From Dictyostelium discoideum (Eukaryota), in NCBI GenBank assembly GCA_000004695.1, contig CM000151.3:5440001-5504000 (forward strand): DNA of 64,000 nt, written 5' to 3'. Made by a program: the position numbers and the translations under genes. Under the pieces are notes generated by a model. It ran no database searches, was not told the DNA's origin, and worked only from the letters and a program-made list of their open reading frames with translations. Of this stretch, positions 13,958-29,987 are shown piece after piece. Every line of letters starts with the position of its first letter. Within the stretch, counting starts at the first letter, position 1.

Positions 13958-14112
13958 TCACACTAAACTGTTTGGTAAATGATATATCATAGGAATTGTT
14001 TCTAATAAACTTTTAACTTCAAAGAAATCAGTTGGTAAATTTTTAACTATTTGAATATTAGGAAGAAGTTGAGGTGGAGGAACCGCACCATAAAATAATG
14101 TTGCTAAAGGGT
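13958..14112 (-). CDS. Candidate terminal exon of a small spliced gene, reading (D)PLATLFYGAVPPPQLLPNIQIVKNLPTDFFEVKSLLETIPMIYHLPNSLV*. The upstream exons are unresolved. A candidate upstream coding block at about 14400..14520 (RPSLVPTFVVEVKVSQSTNHLVHKCFNFEISK) has a degenerate paralog at about 11880..11990.
   Basis: This is a 51-codon open frame in about 80% AT DNA, ending in TGA. It is preceded by a good acceptor (tatatatag|ACC) and followed by the conserved 3'UTR block. I could not find a phase-consistent donor or start codon for it. Confidence 0.3.
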
Positions 14113-14646
14113 CTATATATAAAAATTTATTAATTAGAATTTAATATATATATAAAATATATACATACATTTTTTACAAATGTTTGTGAATTTGGTATGT
14201 TGCTAAATATTTGGTTGGTAGATAAAACACCAGTACGTTTAATTCTGTTTGCAGAGTTGGTTATTTTTAAAGTTGTTCTACGACTACCAAATGAAATAAA
14301 TGAATGGCAATTGCCAATCCTAACGATTAAAAATAAAAGCAACATCTATAAAAGATATCAGCCTTTTTGGAAATACTTTAATACCAATAACCATTTCTCA
14401 TACTTTGGAAATCTCGAAATTGAAACACTTGTGAACCAAATGGTTAGTTGACTGAGAAACTTTAACTTCAACAACAAATGTTGGAACTAAACTTGGTCTT
14501 CCTATAGGTAAAGCTTAGGTCTATATAACACCATTTTAAAGCAATACTTTTCTAATGTAAAAATTATTGTCTTAAACATTTTAAAAAGCATATTTAATTA
14601 ATCGAATGGGAATCGAACCATTGTTCTAAGTTTTTCACAAAAAAAG

Positions 14647-14718
14647 CTCCCCATTCGGGAATCGAACCCGAGGTACCAGTGTGAAAGACTAGAGTGTTAC
14701 CGACTACACCAATGAGGA
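14647..14718 (-). tRNA. tRNA-Glu (anticodon UUC), copy 2. The 72-nt mature sequence is identical to copy 1.
   Basis: It has the same sequence as 12266..12337, an oligo-T terminator (plus 14639..14645) and a downstream exB box GGTTCGATTCC at plus 14608..14619. Confidence 0.85.
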
Positions 14719-14846
14719 ATATGTTGAATTTTTTGTTGTAATAAAGTTAGTCTATAAAATTAATTCTAAGTGTCCACCCTGTAAAAAAAAATAAAATAAA
14801 ATGAGATCTAGCATCTTTTTTTATTAGTTTTTTATTTTTTTTTTTT

Positions 14847-16469
14847 TTAAAATTTTAATAAATTTAAACCTTGTTTAAAAACTATATCAATTGGAATACC
14901 AGAATAATCAATAATAATATCTTCTATATTTAATGTACCCATTTCATTAATCCAACTTTGAGCAGCTTTTTTATTACCATTACCTTGAATTACTAAAATA
15001 TGATTTACTAATTTTGGAATTGCTAATTTCATTTTATTGAAATTTACAGAGAAATAATTTGTAGTTGAATTCTTTTCAAAAGCACCATATTTATGAAGGA
15101 AATTAAAATTTAAAGTATTTGCTTTTGCATGTGCATTTGATGAACCAAATCTAACTGAACGGAAAATACCAGCAATATAAGAAACATAATTGTCCATTAA
15201 ATCTTTATTTGAAATTAAATTATGCTCAGCTAGATAAGTTATAAAATAAATACCCAAGATATCAGCTTTAGCCTCTTCAAGTGGTGAATAATATACTTCA
15301 AGTGCTTGATGAACACTTGTGCCACTACCATCTACTAAAAATTTAACACCTAAACCATGAGAAATTTCATGAAACATAACATTCTCAAAAAAACCATTTT
15401 CAAAAGTAACATGTTTCAATTGAGTTGGATCAATTACTCTTTTAGCAATTGGCATTAGAATTTCATCAAATTTAGCCTTCATTAAATTTTTAATTTGAAT
15501 TTTACGAGTACCCTTATCAAGTTGAACTTTTGGATCATTTGGTAAATTAATTGCAATATTTTTTGGACCAGCGTTACCAGAACCATAACTTGCAATTAAA
15601 TCATAAACATACATATCACCTTTTGAACTACCACTTTTCTCACTTTTATATTTTTTATCTTCAACTGGTAAATTCTCTTGTAACTCTGGTAACATTGAAT
15701 TATATTTTTTAATTTTTTCACTCCATACTAAATCTTTAATTAATAATTGACTTTGAAAGGATGCTTTTAAACCTTTGAAAGTATCATCATAGGTTTCGAT
15801 TGGACCAATAACAATTTCAATTGGATTATTTGTCATTTCCATCCATGTTATATCACTATCATAATATTGATCATTTGATAAAGCAATTGATCTTTTTTTT
15901 AAATATTCTTTAAATCCTTTATCACTTGAATAATTTGATGCTTTCATTAATAAATTTGATATTTTCATTACTTCAGTTTTATATTCTTGATTATACCAAA
16001 TACATTTTAAATTTTTACTTTGACCATTATCTCTTCTTAAAACAGTATATGAACTTTTTTTTAAACTATTATTAAAATTATCAAATTCATCTTCTGTAAT
16101 ATCCAATGGATAAAAATTTAAAGTTGGTGGTTTATTACCAATACCATCAATAAATGAATTATCGTTATTTAATCTATCCCATGGTCCATAATTTATTGAA
16201 CAATATTCTCTAATATCTTTATCTTTATAATTTACTAAAAATTGTTGTTTGCTTTTACCCAATGTTTGTTTCCAAAATATATCATCAACAATTTTTGATG
16301 CATTAAATAATATCTCTATCATTAATTTATCATTTTTTGATAAATAACTGATATCTTTCTCTAATGATATTACAGAATATTGATTTATTAATTTTTTAAA
16401 ATCAAACTTTTCTTTTGCTAAAATTAAATTTAAAGATAATAATATTATAAAAAATATTATTATTTTCAT
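14847..16469 (-). CDS. Secreted zinc metallopeptidase, dipeptidyl-peptidase III (M49)-like.
   Basis: It has an N-terminal signal peptide (MKIIIFFIILLSLNLILA). The zinc-binding motif is FHEISHGLGVKF (HEXXH; compare M49 HELLGHGSGKLF). The second motif is PLEEAKADILGIYF (compare M49 EECRAESVGLYL). It is a single exon of 540 codons. Confidence 0.68.
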   Translation of the reverse strand: MKIIIFFIILLSLNLILAKEKFDFKKLINQYSVISLEKDISYLSKNDKLMIEILFNASKIVDDIFWKQTLGKSKQQFLVNYKDKDIREYCSINYGPWDRLNNDNSFIDGIGNKPPTLNFYPLDITEDEFDNFNNSLKKSSYTVLRRDNGQSKNLKCIWYNQEYKTEVMKISNLLMKASNYSSDKGFKEYLKKRSIALSNDQYYDSDITWMEMTNNPIEIVIGPIETYDDTFKGLKASFQSQLLIKDLVWSEKIKKYNSMLPELQENLPVEDKKYKSEKSGSSKGDMYVYDLIASYGSGNAGPKNIAINLPNDPKVQLDKGTRKIQIKNLMKAKFDEILMPIAKRVIDPTQLKHVTFENGFFENVMFHEISHGLGVKFLVDGSGTSVHQALEVYYSPLEEAKADILGIYFITYLAEHNLISNKDLMDNYVSYIAGIFRSVRFGSSNAHAKANTLNFNFLHKYGAFEKNSTTNYFSVNFNKMKLAIPKLVNHILVIQGNGNKKAAQSWINEMGTLNIEDIIIDYSGIPIDIVFKQGLNLLKF

Positions 16470-18009
16470 TTTTATATTTTATTTAAAATAATAATAATAA
16501 ATTAATTTTTTTTTTTTTTTGTAGATATTAAAAATAATAATTATTTTTTTTTTTTTATGCTCCCCCTCTAAAAAAAAAAAAAAAAGTGGTAAGATTTTTA
16601 ATTTATTTTTATAAAAAATATTAATCGTGAGTGGTTTTTGAAGATTATTCGAAAAATTTAAATAAAAGGGAATTATTTAATTAATAATAATAATAATAAT
16701 AATTAATTTGATAATTAATAAATTGACAAACTGAATGTTATTATTATTATTATTTTATTATTATTTTTATTATAATGAAGATATTTTTTTTTTTTTTTTT
16801 TTTTTTTAATGAATAATAAAAATAAAAATAAAATAATAATAATAATAACATACTTAAAGTATGTTGCTGTTCAATTGGTGATGGTACAATTGTAATATGT
16901 TCAATACTCATTTATTTGAGCAATCAACGCCTATAATAAATGGTGGATTCTTTGGCTCTTTTTTGTATCTATATGTAAAACTTTTGCTTTAAAGGAATCC
17001 CAATGATTGGAAAATCCATTGAAGATTAGTTAATTCATTTTAAACATTCTATTTGCTCCATAAACAAAACTTGTTGCTATATTTTTATACTTTTTATTTA
17101 ATGGTTCTACTAATTTATTTTTGTTAGGTCAATAATTTTGAGTTTAACCTGAATAATCATTTGCTGCTAAATATTGATATTTTGAATCTAACCTAACTTT
17201 TTATTTTATTTTTTTTTAATATAAACTTTTATTAAAGTCTAACGAGGTAATGAGTAAATAAAAATAAATTTTAAATAATAATAACAATAATAATAATAAT
17301 AAATAATAAAAATAATAATAATATAAATAATTTACCTTTTTTTTTTTTAAAAAAAAAAAAAAATATGAATATTAAGTGTAAAGAGGTAATGAAGATATGA
17401 AATTTAAAAAATAATAATTATCTCTTTCTTGATATAACCTGAAGTAGATGATACTGCATCTTGTCCTCATATAAATTATATAAATGATAAAAAAAATAAA
17501 TAATGAACCGATTGAATATTTTCAAAAAAAAAAAAAAAAAAAAAATTTTGTGACATATTTCATTCAAAAGATCAGATCTCTTTTTTTTTCAAGATTTGAC
17601 ATATTCTTTATATAAATAATAATCCCACCTTTAAAAAATTCATTGATGTCAAAAAATACAAACACAAATACAAATACAAGAAGTTAATTTCAATCAAACT
17701 AAAAAAACTAAAATTTTATTGTCATAAAAATAGTTACTTTCAATTTGTTTTTTTCTTTTTTTACAAATATAATATTAATAATATAATTTTTTATATTATT
17801 ATTAATATTTACTTTTTTTTTTTTTTTTTTAATAAATGGTCCCATTTGTAAATGATGCACACACTTAATTATTTGAATTAAAATAATTTTTGAATAAAAA
17901 AAAAGGGGGTGTGGGAAAATTAAACAAATAAAAGCAAATCTTTGAAGCTTTTTAGATTTATTTCAAAATAAAAAAAGATACATAAAAATTTTTTTTTTTT
18001 TTTTTTTTT

Positions 18010-18043
<34 letters not shown>

Positions 18044-18096
18044 TTCTTCACAAACTTATAAGAAACATCTTTTGCACCTTTCTTTTTTTTTCTTTT

Positions 18097-18127
<31 letters not shown>

Positions 18128-19586
18128 ATTAATTTTTTTTTTTTTTTTTTAATTTTAAAACAAAAATATCTAAAATTTTATTATAATAAAATTTTGTAAT
18201 CGGAGATCACTTAAAGTTTTAAAAAATTTGAAAAAAAAAAAAAAAAATAAAAAATAAAAAAAATAATAGACTAACATTGCATCATAAAATATGAGCACAT
18301 TTATTTATGTGTAATAAATATAACACAATAGGTTAAACTATTAATTAAAAAAAAAAAAAAAAACAAATAAAAATATTAAACAAATAAATAAATAAAAAGA
18401 GAAAAAGACATTAACAATCAATAATCACCACCAAAAAAAAAAAAAAAAAAAAAACAAACCCTCACACCCTTTCTAGGGGAGTTTTCTTTTTTTTTTTTTA
18501 TTAATTAAATATATAAGTGGGAAAAAAAAAAATAAAAAATAAAAAAAAATTAAAAAAATAAAAAATTAAAAAAATTATATTCTGTGTGCTAAAACACACA
18601 CTCACCTAACCTGCATAAATTTGCACTAGTATCACTGCAGACAAAAAATTATAATTTCTCCCCTCATAGTAAATTAATCATACATACTATCAAACATATA
18701 TACTAGATTGATTTGAAGATAATATTAAACCATTTAAATAGCAATATAATAGCAATATATATATTTTTTTTTTTTTTTTTATTATTTAATTAAATAATTT
18801 CCAACTTTTTTTTTTTTTTTTTTAATTTTTTTATTATTCTCTTTGTTTTTATTTTTTATTTTTATTTATTTATTATTTAAAAAAAAAACCAAATATCTCT
18901 TAACGAAAATAAATAAATTCCCACACAGTATCACCATTTTTGGGTAAAAAAAAGATTGTATTTTTTTCAAAACAATAAAGGAATTTATTTATTGATGATA
19001 GTGGGCCAATAATATTAATAATTTATTTATTTTACAAGTAACACCATATTCTAATTTAATGTGCCATTTAATAGGAAATCAACTATAATAATAGTTTACT
19101 TATTTATTTATTTATTTATATATTTCAATCATTTTATTATTTTATCCATCTATAAACTAATAGTAATATTATAAACAATAATAAAAAAATTATAAACCCT
19201 CATTCTGACACATAAAAAAATAAAAATAAAAATAAATAAATAAATATATAAACCATAAAAATTCACACATTTTTTAAAACTAATGATTTTTTTTTTTTTT
19301 TTGATTGTTATAGATTGTTTTATTCCATCATCAAAATAAAAAATAAAATAAAAAATAAAAAATAAAAATAAAAATAAAAATAAAAATAAAAATAAAAATA
19401 AAAATAAAAATAAAAATAAAAATAAAAAAAAAAAAAAAAAAAAAAAAACAATTTGTATAATAATAATAATAATAATATTTGTATATAATCAAAATTTTAT
19501 TTTATTTTATTTATTCATTAAATATTTATTTTTTAATAATAATTTATTGTGTTAAAAATAAATATTATAATTTGTTAATCAAAATA

Positions 19587-19697
<111 letters not shown>

Positions 19698-19787
19698 GTA
19701 AATTAAAACATTAATTTGTTTTTAATAATTAAAAAAAAAAATAATTAAAAATTAATAATAATTATAAAAAAAAAAAAAAAAAAAAAA

Positions 19788-23748
<3,961 letters not shown>

Positions 23749-24221
23749 AAATCTAATAAATTCAAAATAAAAATAAATTTAATAATATTTAACAATTATA
23801 ATAAAAAAATTATTAAAAAAAAAAATTAATTCATGTAAAAAAAAAAAAAAAAAAGATATACACGTTATCAATATATTTAATGTCTTTGGTAAATTAAATT
23901 TTTATATATTTTTTATTTTTTATTTTGTTGTTTTAAAAAATTATATGTTAAAATTTTATTTTACTTGATTGAAAATAAAATTTTTATTATAATAAAGAAT
24001 AATGGCACCAGTAAAAATAAAAAATCAAATTAATTTTTAAAAGATTAAATTGTAATCCTTTTTTATTATAATTATATATATATAAATATATTGTGATATA
24101 TGATGCTTTTTTATTTTTTATTGTTTTTATTATTTTAATTCTCAAAGTATGAGATAAAATAATTTATTGATTTTTTATTATTATTATTATTATTTTCTTT
24201 GGGGGTGGTCATTGTTTTTAT

Positions 24222-24420
<199 letters not shown>

Positions 24421-25797
24421 TATTCAATAATACATAATCAAAAGATATCAAAAAAAAACAAAAAACCCTTTTTTTATATATAAAAATTTATTTTGTATAA
24501 AATAGCAGTTAAAATTGCTATATGTATAAATTGTTTTATTGTTAACAACATTCTTCACAATATTCTACTGATATTTTATCATTTTGCAATTGTTACTTAT
24601 GATAACACAATATAAAAAAACATGGGCAAACAAATTTTCAAACACCACCAACTACTCACAAAATGTACCCTATTTTTGGTATGAATAATTATTTAATGTA
24701 TGTGTATTTTGGGTTTGTGTGGAAAAATTATATCAACTCTATCTAATTTCAAATTTTATTTTTTTAATTTAATAATATTATTTTTATTTTATTTTATTTT
24801 ATTTTTTTTTTTTTTTGGAATCTAAATATTAATTCGATAATGATATCAAAAAATATTACAAGTAAATTGATTGAGTGGGAAAAAAAAATTTTAACCTCCA
24901 ATACAAGATCCCATCAAAGAATTTAAGAAAAAAAAAAAAAAAAAAAAATTTTATTAGCAATAGTTGGGTGGGTGTGATGTGTGTATTTTGATTATTGATT
25001 ATTAATTACCACAATAGATATGAAATTATCATTTGATTAGTGTGGATTATTTATTTTACATTAATAAAATCATTAATGTTGAATGTGTGGTTAGGGGGTT
25101 TATTCTTTTAATTTTATTTTTTTTTTATTTTTTTTTATTTTTTTTTTCTCTCCCAATAGTTATTGTATTTTAACCGACGTATAATTGTTAATAACGAGAA
25201 ATGTGGGTATATTAGAGTATTATTAAATTATATCTTTATGTACAAGCGTGTATATATTATATATATATATGGATAGGATTTATAGTTTGTGTTTGGGTGA
25301 GAACGTGGGTTAGAGTGAGAAAGAGTGTGGTGTGTTAGTGTGTTTTTTTCTTTTGGTGGGTGTGGGCTTTAATGTAGTGGTTATATCAAAATAATAAAAA
25401 AATTTTAGTGTACTAGTGTGAACTGGTATTGAATTATATGAATTCTACCATATAATTATACAATCATTCAAAATTTGATATTTAATAATTTTTTTTTTTT
25501 TTTTTTTTTTATAATAAATAAAAAAAATAATTATTAAAATAATTATTAAAATAATTATTAAAAAAAAAATAAAATAAATAAATAAAAAAAAAAGTGGTTT
25601 GATTTTTGTATTTCCAAATATTTATTTAATAAATTATTTAAATAAAGATTGATTGCAACATTAAATAAAAATAAAAATAAAAATAAAAATAAATAATTTT
25701 CAAATAATAATAATTATTAAAAAAATTAATAAAAAAAAAAAAAAAAAAAGAAATTAAAAAAATTAATTAAAAATTCGTTGTCGTCTTTACCTTTAAA

Positions 25798-26265
25798 ATG
25801 GATACTTATAAATCTAAAAAATTAAAAATTGATCAAAGTGATGATGCTGGTGTAAATATATTATTGGGTTTAAGTAAAAAATCCAGTCCAATGATTTCAA
25901 CTCCAGTTTTGGGTTCATTATATGGAAAAACTGGTTTTTCATTTCCTTCTCCATTATCAATATCCTCTCCAATTAATTCAAACATTCAAAGTTTACCAAG
26001 TCCTCTATCGTTGTCCTCTTCAACAAATACAACTCCTCACTTGGGTTCCTTATCTTTAAAAAATGGATTTTCTTTACCATCTCCACTTACATTTTCTTCA
26101 CCAAATTTATTAAATGATAACCATTGTCCACCTTCTCCATATTTTTGTTTAGTGAATTTAAGTGCCTCAAGTCCTTCAATTTTTAATAATAATTTAAGTA
26201 ATAGTATTAATAATAGTAATAATAATAATGATAATAATATTAATATTAATAATAGCAATAATATA

Positions 26266-26349
<84 letters not shown>

Positions 26350-27183
26350 TATAATAATAATAATAAAGCTAATTATTTAATAAATAATCCAAATCAACAA
26401 AATAATATTTCATTGGTAAACCCACCATCCCCAATTTTATTAAATTCATTAAGTTCTTCACCAAATATGTCAGGCGAAAATGAACTTTTACCACCCTCAA
26501 CACCCTCATCACCAATAAATTCAAACCCAATAATAAAGGTTACAAATCCAACAAATAAAACAAATACTAATTGCACATTGAATTATTGTAAACTTTGTAA
26601 ATGTGGAACACCCGAGTTCCTTATTAAAAATACAACATGGGGTCATATAATGAGAGTTGTATTTTCATGTTTAAAATTAAATGATCCTGAAAAAGATTTT
26701 TTTAATTTAAAAAAAGAAGTCTATGGATTTATGACATCTCATTGGGAATTATTAAGTGTTTCTGGTGATAAAAGTAAGTTTTTATTTTTATTATTATTTA
26801 GTAAAAAGAAAAAAATAAGGATATTGATTTTTTTTTTTTTTTTTTTGTTTTTTTTTCTCTAAAAATAGAAACTGATAATTGGCATAAACAAATTCAAGAT
26901 ATGTTAAGTCATTCAAAAGATATTTTTGAAAGTGGTATGTCAGCATTACAACAAAATGGTTATTGGAGATTAAAAAAGTATGAAGTTGACTATTGGACCT
27001 TCAAAAAAGAAAAGGTTACAAGAACAAATAAAAGAAAACAAAGAGAGTTAAAGAATCAAGTTGATAACGAAACCATTAATAAAATGTTTATGGAAGCCAT
27101 TTTAAAAAAAGTGGATGTTGATAAAGAGAAAATCGATGAAAATTTAATTAAAAATTTTATTTTAAAAGAATTTGGAGTCCCTA

Positions 27184-27234
<51 letters not shown>

Positions 27235-27245
27235 ATTGTAAATAA
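25798..27245 (+). CDS. Hypothetical Ser/Pro/Asn-rich protein with a Cys/His-containing C-terminal region (CKLCKCGTPEFLIKNTTWGHIMRVVFSCLK) and a basic tail. Exons: 25798..26773, 26869..27245.
   Basis: The long ORF 25798..26862 reads into a GTAAGT donor at 26774. The acceptor tctaaaaatag|A at 26868 restores the frame of ORF 26901..27245 (phase 1). The intron is 95 nt. Confidence 0.55.
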
Positions 27246-27401
27246 TTGTAAATAACTATATATTTTTTTTTAATATTAAACTTTTTTTAAAAAAAATTAA
27301 AATAAATAAAAATTTAAAATATTTTAAAATGAAAAAAAAAAAAAAAAAATTCTAACTTTATTTTATTTAATTATTATTATTATTATTAATATTTTTTTTT
27401 T

Positions 27402-28625
27402 TTAAAAAAATGTAAAAAAATTATCTTGATTGTCATTATTATTATTATTTCCATTTAATTTTTTAATTAAATTTTGTTTAAATTGATAATTTTTTATATC
27501 ATCTTCATTTTTATAAATTTTAATTAAATAATTTTCTCTTTCAATTTGATTAAAAGGTAAATGGATTATATTTTCATTTAAATAATGTTTTATAATATTA
27601 TTAATGTTTAAAATTTGATTTTCATAATCGATTTCATTTGATACTAATAGATTTAAATAATTATATTTTGGAATTAAATTTAAAGAATAATAGAGTTTAC
27701 CATTTTCTATTTCTGCAAAACTATTTTCAAATGGCATTATATCATTACCATGAATATTAAAAATTTGTTTCAATTGATAATAATTATAATTAAATGTGAT
27801 TGTATAAATTTTATTCGAATAATCTTTTGATAGTATTAATTCAACCAATTCTTTATAACCTAATAGTATTGCAGATTTTAATGTTTGTAATAAATTTAAA
27901 TTTAAACCTCTATTTATGGATAAGAATTTTTTAAACAATTCAATATCACCACCAAATCCATCAGTATTTTCATTGATAATATTTGAAATATTAAATCTAG
28001 CTTGTTCAAATAAATTTAATTTTTTCATTGTTAAATCAGTTATAGTTTTATTTCCACCAATTAAAACTCTTTTCTTCATGAATGGTATAACTTCGGGAAT
28101 ATTACCATTTATAATTTTAATTGAACAATAATTAAATCTATATCTTGGTGATACAATAACGTCTTTATCATATGTTGATAATAATAAAATTGCAATATCA
28201 GGATCAATAATATCATATTGAATGAATTCTTTATCAAATTCTTTAATTAATTCAGGTTTGTATTTTATAATTATTTTAAATAATTTTAAATTATTTGATT
28301 TAAATAATGAATTCCTTGTTATTGGAATTTTTTGAAAAAATTCTTTTGAAATTATAACATCATATAAATTAATTGAATTTTCATCATCATCATTATTATC
28401 ATCATCATTATTTAAATGCTGTGGTTCTATTACTTGATTTAATTCTTTAATCTTTAAAATTAATAAATTAAATAAAAAATAATCATTTGTTTCAATTGAT
28501 GAATTTATTGATGATAATAATATTTCAAGTCTATCTTGAAAACTATAATTTTCAAGTACTAAATCTAATAATGATTTTGAAAATAATTCTGATTGATTTT
28601 GTATTACTGATATATTATAAATCAT
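27402..28625 (-). CDS. Hypothetical protein of 407 aa, Asn/Ile-rich, with no recognisable domain.
   Basis: An uninterrupted 407-codon ORF in very AT-rich DNA. Function unknown. Confidence 0.45.
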   Translation of the reverse strand: MIYNISVIQNQSELFSKSLLDLVLENYSFQDRLEILLSSINSSIETNDYFLFNLLILKIKELNQVIEPQHLNNDDDNNDDDENSINLYDVIISKEFFQKIPITRNSLFKSNNLKLFKIIIKYKPELIKEFDKEFIQYDIIDPDIAILLLSTYDKDVIVSPRYRFNYCSIKIINGNIPEVIPFMKKRVLIGGNKTITDLTMKKLNLFEQARFNISNIINENTDGFGGDIELFKKFLSINRGLNLNLLQTLKSAILLGYKELVELILSKDYSNKIYTITFNYNYYQLKQIFNIHGNDIMPFENSFAEIENGKLYYSLNLIPKYNYLNLLVSNEIDYENQILNINNIIKHYLNENIIHLPFNQIERENYLIKIYKNEDDIKNYQFKQNLIKKLNGNNNNNDNQDNFFTFF

Positions 28626-28662
28626 TTTAATAATAATTGAAATTGATAAATTAATTTGAAAT

Positions 28663-29149
28663 TTATTTATTAAATATTAATTTAATTGTTGAACCATCTG
28701 AATTAAATGTTGGAATAATTAATAAATTATTTTCATCATTAATTAAACTATTTATATCAATTTGTTTTTCATATTTTTCAATTAAATATTGTATCATCTC
28801 TAATGGTAACCCAAGTAAATTTGATTTTAAATAATAATTAATTTCATTCATATTTTAAAATCTCTATTTCAAATCTTTTTTCTACCATTTTAAATAATTC
28901 TAATTCTTTCCAATTAATTAAATATTCTAAACATTCTTTATTAAATTCATTACATCCAATATTTTGATCGTGTAACATCATTCTATCTTTTAACATTGAT
29001 TGATTTTTGGTTTTAATTATTATTAACAAAGGGAAATTATAATATCCAAATGTTTTATAAAATAATTTTAAGTTAATCTCTTTTACATATTGAAATATTT
29101 TATTCCTTAATATATCATTTTTAAAAACTTTAAAAAATAATTTCATCAT
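28663..29149 (-). pseudogene. Two short ORFs (28844..29149 and 28663..28851), each in a different frame, both +1 from the next ORF in the 28663..29149 series, directly upstream of the 407-aa ORF. They are either frameshifted remnants of one gene with 27402..28625 or separate exons of a Dictyostelium-specific family gene. The first begins MMKLFFKVFKNDILRNKIFQYV, which is F-box-like.
   Basis: ORF1 ends EIEILKYE*, and ORF2 begins inside it at +1 (atgaatgaaat). ORF2 contains IQYLIEKYEKQ, which echoes the ORF1 end. I found no convincing splice signals joining them. Confidence 0.3.
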
Positions 29150-29502
29150 TAAAAATTAAAAATAAAAAAACAAAAATAAAAATAAAAATAAAAAACTAAA
29201 AAAAAAGTAATTAAAATGAAAAAAAAAAAGATATTTTTTAAAAAAAAAAAAAATCTAAATTTATTCAATTTTAATAGTATTATGAGTTTTTAATTCATGT
29301 TGGTAAAAATTAAACAAAGAAATATTTGAATCTAAAATATTTGTTAAAGAATCTAAACTTTTTGTATGATTAATTAAAAGACTCCATCTTTCTCTTTTTT
29401 GGAAATAATTTGCATATCCTATGAAAAATAATCCTATTCTTGGTATTAAAACTAATTTTTTAATCTTTTTTTTTTTTTTTTAGAAAATAAAAATGTTAAG
29501 TA

Positions 29503-29941
29503 TTAAAGTAAGAAGGAAAATTTTTTTTTTTTTTTTTTTTTTTTTAATTTTAATATACATACAGTTCTTTGATCAGATTCACACCAATAACTCTTTGAAT
29601 TATCACCTTTTGTTCTAACTAATGACACTATTAAATAACTAAAATGATAATATTGAGCCATTTCAATTGGTAAAACATTGATAAAGGGTAAATCTAAAAT
29701 ATTCTTTTTGATTAAATTTCTTTGAGCTTCAAATGGAGAAACGATTACAATCTCTAATGGGTCCAATTTTAAAGTTTTTAATAAAAATCTAACTAATTTA
29801 CAAACAAACTCGCATTCTTTAATATTTGTAAACTTTTGAATCATTTCTTTGTCATCTAAATTTTCATTATCCATAATTTCTAAACTTTCAATTGATTCTA
29901 AATTAAAAAATGAAAATATTGGTTTTTCCTTTTTGTGAAAG

Positions 29942-29987
<46 letters not shown>

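Noticed and set aside
14130-14451. Overlapping plus-strand (84 aa) and minus-strand (71 aa) ORFs between the duplicated blocks.
   Set aside because: They run through what looks like an intron (GTAAAAAATG...TATATAG). Neither has coding-like composition. The credible coding signal is the separate terminal exon 13958..14112.
16850-17210. Moderately complex 360-bp stretch in the long intergenic region, considered as a small gene or ncRNA.
   Set aside because: There are only short ORFs under 35 codons on either strand, no splice-compatible structure and no recognisable RNA motif. I left it as unexplained spacer.
29221-29500. Open 51-codon frame (YANYFQKRERWSLLINHTKSLDSL...KIE*) downstream of the helicase stop, considered as a possible extra 3' exon.
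   Set aside because: No donor/acceptor combination gives a consistent phase. GTATGT after ...SDQRT is phase 0, but every candidate acceptor yields an immediate stop in that phase. I left it as uncertain 3' structure, so the helicase may end at the listed stop.
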